64,000 nt of DNA, taken from NCBI GenBank assembly GCA_963811175.1, contig CAWEQE010000002.1:276797-340796 (forward strand), in the 5' to 3' direction. A model generated the notes under the pieces. It made no database searches and was not told the origin of the DNA. It saw only the letters and a program-made list of their open reading frames with translations. Shown piece after piece: positions 1 to 8,827 of this stretch. The position numbers and the translations under genes are program-made. The stretch comes from Rubricoccaceae bacterium (GTDB lineage Bacteria > Bacteroidota > Rhodothermia > Rhodothermales > Rubricoccaceae). How positions within the stretch are numbered: the first letter of the stretch is position 1; the number at the start of each line of letters is the position of its first letter.

Positions 1-374
1 GACCCTCCGACGAAGCCGATGGCCTCCCCCTTCCACGCCACCGAGCACGCATGGAGCACGAGGTGGCCCCGCTGACGGAGGATGACGGCGAGCGGCTGGC
101 CGACGAGGCACTGCTCGACGAGGTCCTCGGGCATCTCCTTCTTCCGGTACACCCAGACCTGCTCTCCCCCTTCTGCGAGGTAGTAGAGGCTCCCGTAGAA
201 TTGGGCCGCGACGGCATCTCCGCCGAGCCGGTCGGCGGCGGCGGCGTGGAGATCGTTCCACTCGGCCTCGCCCACCTCCGTGATGACGACGTCACGCGGG
301 GCCTCCTGGCACCGGAGACCTCCCAATCGAATGTCCGAGTGGATACCGAGACCGAACAGCTTGTAGGAATACAT
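1..374 (-). CDS. HPr kinase-like (HprK-related) kinase, N-terminal part; runs off the window edge
   Basis: Not in the ORF track. Manual translation from ATG at 374 gives MYSYKLFGLGIHSDIRLGG...LAVILRQRGHLVLHACSVAWKGEAIGFVGG, typical of the segment just before the P-loop of HprK-related kinases found in lasso clusters. Confidence 0.75.
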   Translation of the reverse strand, partial: MYSYKLFGLGIHSDIRLGGLRCQEAPRDVVITEVGEAEWNDLHAAAADRLGGDAVAAQFYGSLYYLAEGGEQVWVYRKKEMPEDLVEQCLVGQPLAVILRQRGHLVLHACSVAWKGEAIGFVGG

Positions 375-588
375 CCGGCGGGGTCGTCGTGAGCCAACGT
401 TATCGTGCGGTCGAGGAGCATCCTGAAACGGCGCCCCACCCGCTGGGGGGGTGACCACCCAGAAGATAGGGTGAGGCCGCCCACTGGCCCGCTTCTCCAG
501 GCGCCCCATGTCGGTGGCGACGAAGCCTCTGGAGGACGCACGACCTCTCCCTCAGAGCGTGTTGGCACGCGTCTAGAGACGGGCTACC

Positions 589-840
589 TCACGGAGTTGC
601 TCTGGGCAGCACTGATGGGGGTGGCATTCGGATAGCGCACGCGTACTCCGAAGCCCGGCCGGAGAATCCGACGGTGTCGGTGGGCGTGAGGACGGTGTCC
701 CGCCCGGTCGCGCTGCCCGTCAACCCGGTCAGAGCGACGAGGTCTCCGTGCTCCGTCATGCGCGGCGTGACGTTCGTGTTCGTGAGATGGAGGTTCAGAC
801 GAGCCGCCGCGGAGGCGCGGCGGCGAGCCTTCCTCCTCAC
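589..840 (-). CDS. Candidate lasso peptide precursor (start uncertain)
   Basis: Frame encodes N-V-T-P-R-M-T-E-H-G-D-L-V-A-L-T-G, matching YxxPxLxxxGxxxxxT spacing with Y>N and L>M. A putative core LTGSATGRD(9)... follows. It lies directly after the cyclase. An in-frame GTG at 840 overlaps the cyclase TGA. Confidence 0.55.
   Translation of the reverse strand: MRRKARRRASAAARLNLHLTNTNVTPRMTEHGDLVALTGLTGSATGRDTVLTPTDTVGFSGRASEYACAIRMPPPSVLPRATP
803..824. other. GC-rich 9-bp hairpin immediately downstream of the cyclase stop, upstream of the precursor leader motif
   Basis: GCCGCCGCG-GAGG-CGCGGCGGC; no U-tract on the minus strand. Confidence 0.5.
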
Positions 841-2870
841 AAGAGCCCGTTCCGTTCGAGCAGCTTGTAGGTCCCGTACACCTGGACGAGGAGCGTCCGC
901 GCCGGGTCCGACTGCGTCGGATCGGCGGCCATCGCGCGACGGTGTAGGTCGCGGAGCCGCTCGGGCTGCACCACGTCTCCGAACGTTCCAGGATCGTCCA
1001 CCCACGCCGCCAGACGCTCGCCCTCGATGCGCGTGAGCGTGTGAACGAAGGCAGACGTGATGTCCGCCTTGCCCCCCCGGTTCGCAATGGACGTCGGCAA
1101 CACGTCTCTGAGCGCGGCGCGGAGCACGTAGCGGGTCCACCCGTCGTGTAGCAAGAGGGCCGGCGGGAGCCCGATGCAGTACTCCACCAGCGGACGGTAG
1201 AGGAACGGGTGGCGCGACTCGACGCCGAACGAGCCCGCGGCGAGGTTCGTCAGCGTAATCCCTCGGTTGAACCGTGGATGCTGGAGGACCATGCGGCGTC
1301 CCTCGACCGCGTCCGATGGGTCGAGGTCGCTGAACGACGACTCGTCCGCGGCGTCGATCCGGCCCCTCAGGTTCACGCGACGGGCGAGGTCGGGATCGAC
1401 CAAGTCCAACCCCAGCGCGTTGATCTCGCCGGTCTTTTCGTCCCCGTCGGCTCCACGCCCGAGAACGGCTCGTGCTAACGCCCGGAAGAGCTGGGAGCGC
1501 GAGACGCCGAGGTGCTGGCGGGCGCCGCGGACGCCCCGAAGCAAGCTCTTCCACTCCCGGCGGGTGGCGGCCTCGTGCAGGACTGGGTACCCGTACCCCG
1601 CGAAGATGCGGCCCGTCGAGCGCAGGGTTTCCTGGAAGGGCTGGAAGTGGGCCTCTCCGTCGAGCCGGCTGGCGACAGCCGGAGCGAGCCGAGCGAACTC
1701 GGCCCAGTCGCCCTCCTGAGCCAGCCGGCGGAGGTACTCAAGACCGTGGCCCACGACGTTGTCCCCGTCGAGGCCGTCGAGCAGTACGCCGACACCGGCT
1801 TGCTTCGCGGCCCCGACGAGCCCCCACACGATGTGCTGGTTCCCCCCGACGGGCTCGTCGTCGAGGGTGTCGTAGAGGTCGTCCAGGTTGGAGAGGGGGC
1901 CGAGTTGCGCGCCGTCGACGAAGTGAGGCACGATCCCTCCTTGCTCCACCACGGCGTCGATGTAGACCCGCTCATCGGACACCGGGACGCCTTCGTAGAT
2001 GGCCGAGAACGCGTGGAGCGTCTCCCCCCGCTCCGACAGCACCTCACGAGCCACACAGGCGACGGCCGAGGAGTCGAGCCCACCGCTGAGGTGAGAGCCG
2101 ATCGGGACGACGCTCCGGGTGCAGCGCGTGACGCCCTCCCAGAACCGCGACCGGAACCCCTCCACCAGATCGTCCACCGAGCGCCCGTCCAGGCCGGCCT
2201 CCGGCTCGAGCTCGTAGTACGACTCGGTGCGGAGCCCTTGCGGCTCGACGACCAGCCTCTCTGCCGCACCGAGCAAGAACACCCCGTCGTAGATGGTCCC
2301 GTACGGGTCCTCGCGGAGCAGGGCGAGGTACTCCGCCAGCTTCCCCTCGTTCAACCGCTTCGGGACCTCTTCCAGCGTGAAGAGCGCCTTCGGCTCGCTC
2401 GCAAACGCGAAGACGGCCGGGCTGTGGTAGTAGTAGAGCGGCCGGACGCCGAACGGGTCCCGCGCACAGGTCAGCGTCCTCTCCTCCCGGTCCCAGATGG
2501 CGAGCGCGAAGTCCCCGACCAGCTGGCGGAAGGCGTCTGCTCCCCAGCGGAGGTAGGCGCGGAGCGCCAGCGCGCCGTCTGACATCGTCGCGACCTCGTC
2601 CGGCGAGAGCCTCATCCGTCGCCCGAGGTCCTCACGGTTGTCGAGCCGGAGGTCCGCGACCATCCGGTAGCGACCTCCCGCCGCCTCGACCACGCCGTCG
2701 TCGGTGGTCGCGGTCGTGCGGTGCGCCCGGTATCCGAGGGCCACCGGCCCATCCTCCAGGACCGACTCTGAGTCCGGCCCTCGATGTGAGAGGGGCCCAA
2801 TCATGTCCCGCGCCGCTCGCTCGCTCGCGTCTTGGCCAGTGAGTCGGTAGTAGCCTGAAATAGCGCTCAT
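837..2870 (-). CDS. Asparagine synthetase-like protein / lasso peptide cyclase (C protein)
   Basis: Likely start MSAISGYY at 2870. Has CARDPFGVRPLYY, FASEPKAL, the PP-loop LSGGLDSS and ESRHPFL. Ser replaces the catalytic Cys of the Ntn glutaminase domain. Confidence 0.85.
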   Translation of the reverse strand: MSAISGYYRLTGQDASERAARDMIGPLSHRGPDSESVLEDGPVALGYRAHRTTATTDDGVVEAAGGRYRMVADLRLDNREDLGRRMRLSPDEVATMSDGALALRAYLRWGADAFRQLVGDFALAIWDREERTLTCARDPFGVRPLYYYHSPAVFAFASEPKALFTLEEVPKRLNEGKLAEYLALLREDPYGTIYDGVFLLGAAERLVVEPQGLRTESYYELEPEAGLDGRSVDDLVEGFRSRFWEGVTRCTRSVVPIGSHLSGGLDSSAVACVAREVLSERGETLHAFSAIYEGVPVSDERVYIDAVVEQGGIVPHFVDGAQLGPLSNLDDLYDTLDDEPVGGNQHIVWGLVGAAKQAGVGVLLDGLDGDNVVGHGLEYLRRLAQEGDWAEFARLAPAVASRLDGEAHFQPFQETLRSTGRIFAGYGYPVLHEAATRREWKSLLRGVRGARQHLGVSRSQLFRALARAVLGRGADGDEKTGEINALGLDLVDPDLARRVNLRGRIDAADESSFSDLDPSDAVEGRRMVLQHPRFNRGITLTNLAAGSFGVESRHPFLYRPLVEYCIGLPPALLLHDGWTRYVLRAALRDVLPTSIANRGGKADITSAFVHTLTRIEGERLAAWVDDPGTFGDVVQPERLRDLHRRAMAADPTQSDPARTLLVQVYGTYKLLERNGLL

Positions 2871-3247
2871 GTAGGTCTTTGGGTGTAGAGCGTGCGCAAG
2901 GGCTCGCGGCCTCTCCCCAGGATACCCTGCTCCTGGGGAGCTGCATGCGTGGAAGTTTTGAGACGCCGGCGCCCTGTGGCCGCACGCGGCCTTGGCCGGG
3001 GTGGCGCATCCTCCAGCCTCAACATGAGCCAACTCCCCTCCTCCTGCGGAACCGAAAGCGCTTTCCTCTATCCGCCCTGTTGGTGACACTGTGGCAACCG
3101 TGAGGGGGTCCGTGCATTGCCCCTCGATTCCACCACCGCCGCCAGCTTGTGAGCTGGCGCTCGTATCGAGACCTCTAGTTGATGCCCTCACCCGCCCCTC
3201 TCGGCCGAGCGCTGAGCCCCCCTCCGACCTTCCATCCCCTTCTCAGC

Positions 3248-4003
3248 GTGTCGCTCGCCAAAAGCACTGTGGGCACCTCTCCCTCGCGTTCGGTCTCGCC
3301 CATCCGGGTCGTCGCCATCGACGACCACCCGGCGGTTCGGGACGCGATCGCCCAGGCCGTCGCGGCCCAGCCCGACATGGACCTCGCCGGCGTCGCCGGG
3401 TCCGCCGCCGAGGCCTTCGACCTCCTCCGGACCGCGGACCCCGACGTCGCCGTCGTCGACATCTCCCTCGGCGACGCCCACGGGCTCGACCTCGTCCAGA
3501 ACCTCCGCGCCCAGCACCCCGACCTCGAGGTCGTCGTCTTCTCGATGTACGACGAGGCCGTCTACGCCGAGCGCGCGCTCCGGGCCGGGGCCCGCGGCTA
3601 CGTCCGGAAGTCGGAGCCGACCACGGCCGTGACCGAGGCGATCCGGGCCGCGGCCGCCGGCGAGATCTACCTCGCCCGGCGCGCGGCGAGCCGGATCCTC
3701 GCCCGCGTCGCGTTCGGGGCCGAGCGCGGTGCCCCGACCAAGGGCGAGGGCGGGGGCCGGGCCGGGGGGCCGGGGGCCGGGCCCGCCGAGGGGCTCGAGG
3801 AGCTGACCGACCGGGAGATGGCCGTGTTCCAGCTCCTGGGGCAGGGGCGGCCGCCGGAGGAGATCGCCGACCGGCTGAACCTCTCGCGGAAGACGGTCGA
3901 GACGTACCGGCGGCGGGCCAAGGAGAAGCTCGGGCTCGACTCGGTCACGGAGCTGCTCCAGTTCGCCATCCGGTGGACCTACGCTCAGGGGACCGACAGC
4001 TAG
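3248..4003 (+). CDS. NarL/LuxR-family response regulator (REC + LuxR HTH)
   Basis: VVAIDDHP, VAVVDISL (phospho-Asp), GARGYVRK, and LTDREMAVFQLLGQG...LSRKTVETYR. Start approximate. Confidence 0.9.
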   Translation: MSLAKSTVGTSPSRSVSPIRVVAIDDHPAVRDAIAQAVAAQPDMDLAGVAGSAAEAFDLLRTADPDVAVVDISLGDAHGLDLVQNLRAQHPDLEVVVFSMYDEAVYAERALRAGARGYVRKSEPTTAVTEAIRAAAAGEIYLARRAASRILARVAFGAERGAPTKGEGGGRAGGPGAGPAEGLEELTDREMAVFQLLGQGRPPEEIADRLNLSRKTVETYRRRAKEKLGLDSVTELLQFAIRWTYAQGTDS

Positions 4004-5133
4004 GACCTCAGCTGGTCAGGCCGGGCGGGTAGCGGCGCCTCCTCATGCGGACTCACCATGCGCTCGATCAGGCGCCGGAGGGCCACGTAGCTGAGGTATC
4101 GAATCTGGCCTCGTACATCGTCCTGTGCTTGGAGAACGAGCCGCGCCCGGTCGCCCCCGCTCATGACCCACTCCTCGTGGAACGTCCTCAGGTGAGACTG
4201 GACGTGGACGGAGAGGGAGGCGGCTTTGGGATCGGACCGGGCACGATCGACGACCTCCTTTGGGAACGGAGCGCCGATCTCGTCGGCCGCGACGAGGACG
4301 CCTACGCGAAAGGCTCGGAGGCTCTTCGTCTGCTCAGCCAAGGTCTCCAACTCATTCCAGTCATCGACGAACGGCCCCAGCTGGGCTAGGTCGCTCGCGA
4401 GTCGGAGGCGGTTCCACTGGTCCTTCAGGGCGTTCACACAGAGCGTGAGGAACAGGTCGTGCCAACCGAGTGCACGGACGGCCTCGCCTCCCACCGTGAT
4501 CTCACGCGACCTCTGGATCAGAACGTCGTAGTCCCCGGCATAGGAGTATCCACGGGGTACCACGCTGGTGTGCGCGTCCACGGTCGACACCTGCGTCCCG
4601 ACTCGGCGGCCGAACGTGTACTCTCCGTGTACGAAGAGATAACCTTTGAGCTGGCGTTCGCTCTTCTTCAGGCGGTCGAATCCTATATCGAGGAGGACAC
4701 GCTCGAGCCGGGAGAAGTCGCCTGCCCGCACGAGAAGGTCGTTGTCAACGAACGGCCGGTAGGCCATGCCCCCGTACGCCTCTGCCAACGACGGCCCCTT
4801 GAGGACCAAAAATGGGATCTCGACCTCCTTGAGCGCCCGTGCAATCTTCGCCATCTCCGCGGACAGGAACAGGACCTGGACGCCTCCCTCCACCGCTCGG
4901 CGCCGGAGGTAGTCGACAACCTCGGGAGGGACGCCCTCCGGTTCGTGCTCCTTCAGGTGAACCCACATCATGGGGAGGACCCGGTGGTACGCGGCCAGCC
5001 CAATCACTCCTTTCCAGTCCACATTCTCCAGCCCCGCCTCCAGCGCGTCGATGTGGTGATCGTCCAGTCGCGCTCTGGCGAACAGGCGGACCAGTTCGTA
5101 CTCAGCGTCGGTGATAGAGGCGTAGTGTCCCAT
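4000..5133 (-). CDS. Nucleotidyltransferase family protein (NTP_transf_5 type, lasso-cluster associated)
   Basis: IPFLVLKGPSLAEAYGG...RPFVDNDLLV resembles the LKG...R...D.DLLV motif. Start MGHYAS at 5133. Confidence 0.85.
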   Translation of the reverse strand: MGHYASITDAEYELVRLFARARLDDHHIDALEAGLENVDWKGVIGLAAYHRVLPMMWVHLKEHEPEGVPPEVVDYLRRRAVEGGVQVLFLSAEMAKIARALKEVEIPFLVLKGPSLAEAYGGMAYRPFVDNDLLVRAGDFSRLERVLLDIGFDRLKKSERQLKGYLFVHGEYTFGRRVGTQVSTVDAHTSVVPRGYSYAGDYDVLIQRSREITVGGEAVRALGWHDLFLTLCVNALKDQWNRLRLASDLAQLGPFVDDWNELETLAEQTKSLRAFRVGVLVAADEIGAPFPKEVVDRARSDPKAASLSVHVQSHLRTFHEEWVMSGGDRARLVLQAQDDVRGQIRYLSYVALRRLIERMVSPHEEAPLPARPDQLRS

Positions 5134-5279
5134 CGTGAGCGAACGTAGGATAGTCAACCCCGCCTCAATGCATACTGTGGAATCGACTCGGAGCGCATCC
5201 GAGGGGCGGCTTCGTTGCCGTCCCCGGACGGAAGATCAACATACGGAGCCTCTGCCCCTCCTCGGGTCCGGGAGCAACC

Positions 5280-5345
5280 GCAGGTCGGACCTGCACAACT
5301 ATTACATCGTAATAATTTAGATTCATATGATTTAATGTCGATCGG
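5280..5345. promoter_or_regulatory. AT-rich patch with palindromes, putative internal promoter/operator
   Basis: GCAGGTC-G-GACCTGC (5280-5294), ATTAC-ATC-GTAAT (5301-5313) and TCATATGA (5323-5330), upstream of the nucleotidyltransferase. Confidence 0.4.
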
Positions 5346-5568
5346 CATACATCCTACTGTGGTGGCGCGTCCGACGCAGCCGACCGGAACCCGACCCTGC
5401 CGAGCCGATCTAGGGTCTGTGTGGGACCTCATGCGGCGCCCCCTTTCCCCGTCCGTCATTCCTGCGTAGGCGGGGCTCATCGGACGCCTCAGAAGGGACT
5501 GGCCCCCCACCTGCGCGGGGATGACGTCGGAAGGGAGTTCGTGTACAAGCCGGACCGTTCCCACTTCG

Positions 5569-6672
5569 TCACGGACGCAACCTCATCTCGGCCATCACTG
5601 CTCGGTGGTCCGAAAGTCCCGGGGGTCCGGTGGCGGCCGCGAGCACGTCCCATTCTGGACTCGCGAAGACCGCATCGATCTGGACGAGCGGTCGATCGTT
5701 GGGGTAGGTCGGAGCCCATCCAGGCGCCATCCGAATGGCATCTCGCAGGCTGGCGGAGATTGCAGCGTAGACCCACTGGTGGGGAGTCGAGTTGAGGTCG
5801 CCGGCGACGAGGAACGGGATGGTTTCTTCCTCCAAGAGAGTTCGGAGACGCTCAGCTTCCTGAGCCCGCAGCACGAAGTCGCGCCTTAACCCTTCTACCG
5901 ACTGGAGCCAGTCGCGGAGGTCCGTCGAGGGAGTCGGCATCGAGGGGCGGTCTTCGTTGAACGACCGGAGGTGGACGTTGTAGACCGCCACGTCGCGGCC
6001 GTCCCACTCGAGGGTCACACGCGAGTACCGACCGGCGCTCTCGTCCCCCGCTGCTCCGAGCGACCCGGCTGTGTGGGTGCCGATGGGCAAGCGTGTCAGC
6101 GTCGTCACGCTGCTCTCGTCGTCGGACTCGGGGGCTCGGTACCCTGCAGCGAGCGCGGCCAAGACGGGGGGAGGAGCCGAAAACACGGGCCCGACTTCCT
6201 CTACTACCGTCCGATGAAGAGCGGCTTCTTGAAACAGGACGAGGTCGGGCCGCACACGGTCGAGGACGCCTTCCATCAACGCGTGCGCCGGTGGCCCTCC
6301 CTTCCCAGCATTCAGGCTGACGATCCGAAAGGAAGTCTCCCGTCTCTCCGTCAATGCACGTTCCTCGGAGAGAAGAGGCACGGTGGTGAGGGGAATGAAC
6401 CGAACCGCAGCCGCGCCCACGAGGGCCGCGTGCGCGCCGACTCCAACCCAGCGGAGGACCCGGCCCTTCGGCGGCCAACGCGCCCACACGGCGCTCGTCA
6501 AGACGGTCCCGACAGCCGTCGCAGGCAACGCCAGCGCTGCGAGTTGGAGACGCCACTCCACGGCAGGGGGGACAGACCGAGCCGCGTATCCGAGCACGAA
6601 CAACGCGGAGACCGCAGCATCAGCGGCGGCGAACAGGCCCCACCCGACCCGCTTTCTCACGCTCACCTTCAC
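5569..6672 (-). CDS. Membrane-anchored endonuclease/exonuclease/phosphatase (EEP) family protein
   Basis: N-terminal TM helices, SLNAG, LFQEA, YNVHL, VAGDLNS, QIDAVF and SDH motifs. Start approximate (GTG 6672). Confidence 0.85.
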   Translation of the reverse strand: MKVSVRKRVGWGLFAAADAAVSALFVLGYAARSVPPAVEWRLQLAALALPATAVGTVLTSAVWARWPPKGRVLRWVGVGAHAALVGAAAVRFIPLTTVPLLSEERALTERRETSFRIVSLNAGKGGPPAHALMEGVLDRVRPDLVLFQEAALHRTVVEEVGPVFSAPPPVLAALAAGYRAPESDDESSVTTLTRLPIGTHTAGSLGAAGDESAGRYSRVTLEWDGRDVAVYNVHLRSFNEDRPSMPTPSTDLRDWLQSVEGLRRDFVLRAQEAERLRTLLEEETIPFLVAGDLNSTPHQWVYAAISASLRDAIRMAPGWAPTYPNDRPLVQIDAVFASPEWDVLAAATGPPGLSDHRAVMAEMRLRP

Positions 6673-6748
6673 CGTGTTGCGAGCACACAGCAGCCCTGAC
6701 GAACGCTGTCGTTCACCGCGAGGACTCTCGCGAACGCCCCTCGTCTCC

Positions 6749-7273
6749 TCACGCTTGTTCCGTGGCCGACGGACGTGGGCGGACAGGCCGGCTCTCGGAC
6801 GGCCGGTCGGTAGCGGGCCGGAACGGGGCATACGTCGTCCTAGAGTCGGCGCCTCCGATGACGACAGTCCCCTCGTGCTCGAGCCATGCGTGCGCCTGAA
6901 ACGTTCCGTCGGCGGATCGGGTAGCGCCCAAGTGAAGGTCTGTGTCGATTCCGCAGGATCGCAGAAGGCGACGGGCTACGAGCGCCTGGGTCAAGCAGGG
7001 GCGATCACGGAGAGCACGCTTCGAAACAGCACCGATGGCCCAGACGGTGACTTTCGCTTCTGCCCAGTCGGGGGGACGTGGAGAAACGGTCTGCCGCTCG
7101 AACGCTGCCGACACCAGCCGCCACGGGAAGACCGCCAGCGCGGCCCGCGTCGCTGGAACCCAAGCGAGTGCCCGAGCCAGCGCCGCCCACTCCCGCCCGG
7201 AGAGAGACCCCAGCGTGCGTACGTGGCGCGACGCGCGGCGGAGGGCAGCGAAGCGAGCGGTCCCGGAGTTCAT
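6749..7273 (-). CDS. Lasso peptide B2 protein (transglutaminase-like leader protease)
   Basis: Start MNSG at 7273 overlaps the PqqD stop by 4 bp. Has PCLTQAL (Cys) and AHAWLE (His). Confidence 0.88.
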   Translation of the reverse strand: MNSGTARFAALRRASRHVRTLGSLSGREWAALARALAWVPATRAALAVFPWRLVSAAFERQTVSPRPPDWAEAKVTVWAIGAVSKRALRDRPCLTQALVARRLLRSCGIDTDLHLGATRSADGTFQAHAWLEHEGTVVIGGADSRTTYAPFRPATDRPSESRPVRPRPSATEQA

Positions 7274-7548
7274 TGGACGGTAATCAGCCCCCGACGCTCC
7301 AGGTCTCCGACGAATGCGGTGACGTCTCCAAAAAGCCGGTTGCGGTCCACATCGAACTCGTCGAGCAAGCGGTCCACGATGGAGTCGATGGTGATGGTCT
7401 CCTGCGCGAGGTCGAGGATGCGAGCCGCGACCTCGTTCAGGCCGAAGTAGGTCCCGGACGTAGGATCGAGCAAAACAGCCTCGCTTCCCAGGTCGGCAAC
7501 GGCAACGTTCTGGGAGACGACGACGGTCGCGTCTGGAGAGAGGGACAT
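7270..7548 (-). CDS. PqqD-family RiPP recognition element (lasso B1/E protein)
   Basis: 92 aa; EAVLLDPTSGTYFGLNEVAARI...FVGDLERRGLI. Confidence 0.9.
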   Translation of the reverse strand: MSLSPDATVVVSQNVAVADLGSEAVLLDPTSGTYFGLNEVAARILDLAQETITIDSIVDRLLDEFDVDRNRLFGDVTAFVGDLERRGLITVQ

Positions 7549-7563
7549 CAGGTGTACGCGGTG

Positions 7564-8790
7564 TCAGGTAGGGTTCTGGAGGGCCGGCTCGTGAGACGCG
7601 CGCTCCCCAGCGGAAACTATGCCGTCTCCTCCTTCGACAGCCTCGGATTCTTTCAACGGGTACTCCCCCGCCCACTCGTCGTCGATGTTCGGCGTCTCGC
7701 GCTGCGTCAGAGCTGGGATCGGACGCAGAGAGGGCGACGAGTACGGGAAGCGGACGTAGCCTAACCGGAGAAGGAGAGCGACGATCACGACCGCCGCCGC
7801 CGCCATCGCGGCTGTGCCCCCTGTCCAGGTCGAGAAGCTCATGAGCACGGCGAGAACGCCGAACATCGACGCCACTCCGTACAGGACGATCACCGCCCGG
7901 CGCGTCTCCATCCGGTCGACCATCCGGTGATGGATGTGGTCCCGATCCGGGGCGTAGATCGACCGCTTCCCGACGGCCCGCCGCACCATCGACAAGACGG
8001 TGTCCAAAATGGGGAGGCCGAGCGCGAGCACGGGGACGAGGAGACCCAGGATAGGATTGCTACTGGCGGGCGCCGTGATCGCGTAGACCGCCAGGGAGTA
8101 CCCGAGAAAGAGGCTCCCCGAATCGCCCATAAAGATGGTCGCGGGGCTGAAGTTGTGGACGAGGAATCCTCCCACGGCCCCCACGAACACGGCCGCGACG
8201 GCCGCCAGTGCGAGGTCCCCGGAAAGTCCGAACACGACGGCCAAGCTCACGAACGCGATCCCGACCACTCCCCCGGCGAGCCCGTCGATCCCATCGATCA
8301 TGTTCACGGCGTTGGTGACTCCCACCACCCACAGGATCGTGAGCGTGGCGCCCAAGGTGGACGCAGCGGCAGGGGCCATGCCGAGCCCAACGAGGGGCGA
8401 GAGGTCCACGTTCACACCCACGTACACCAATCCGGCAGCCACGAGGGCCTCTACGACCAGTCTCGCCTTGAACCCAAGGCCCCGTACGTCGTCAATGGCT
8501 CCGGTCGCCGCCATGATACAGGCGCCCAACACGACGAAGGGGTGGAGCCCAGATCCCGCGAGGGAGAGCCGGGGGGCCGCCCACAGCACGAGAGCCATGC
8601 CGCACACCGTCCCGCAAAAGATGGCGACGCCTCCGATGGACGGCGTCACCCGTCGGTGAAGCTTCCGCCGGCCGTCCGGCTGGTCTGTCCATCCCCGCCG
8701 GACGGCGAGCCGACCCACGAGCGGAGTCATCCATGCCGTCACCCCGAACGCGACGGCGAATCCAGCGAGGACGAGATAGAAGAGCGTCAT
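7564..8790 (-). CDS. MraY/WecA/TagO-family undecaprenyl-phosphate sugar-1-phosphate transferase
   Basis: RKLH...PSIGG, GAIDD, NAVNMIDGIDGLA, FMGDSGS, DRDHIHH; polytopic. Confidence 0.92.
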   Translation of the reverse strand: MTLFYLVLAGFAVAFGVTAWMTPLVGRLAVRRGWTDQPDGRRKLHRRVTPSIGGVAIFCGTVCGMALVLWAAPRLSLAGSGLHPFVVLGACIMAATGAIDDVRGLGFKARLVVEALVAAGLVYVGVNVDLSPLVGLGMAPAAASTLGATLTILWVVGVTNAVNMIDGIDGLAGGVVGIAFVSLAVVFGLSGDLALAAVAAVFVGAVGGFLVHNFSPATIFMGDSGSLFLGYSLAVYAITAPASSNPILGLLVPVLALGLPILDTVLSMVRRAVGKRSIYAPDRDHIHHRMVDRMETRRAVIVLYGVASMFGVLAVLMSFSTWTGGTAAMAAAAVVIVALLLRLGYVRFPYSSPSLRPIPALTQRETPNIDDEWAGEYPLKESEAVEGGDGIVSAGERASHEPALQNPT

Positions 8791-8827
8791 CGAGTAAGCC
8801 TCCCCGCAGACTCACACTAGGAGGCTA

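Noticed and set aside
2871-3191. N-terminal 107-aa extension of the AsnB-like ORF in the track
   Set aside because: Not protein-like; the Ntn domain starts at MSAISG (2870).
5154-5564. 136-aa minus-strand ORF as a second precursor
   Set aside because: No leader motif; it crosses the AT-rich regulatory patch.
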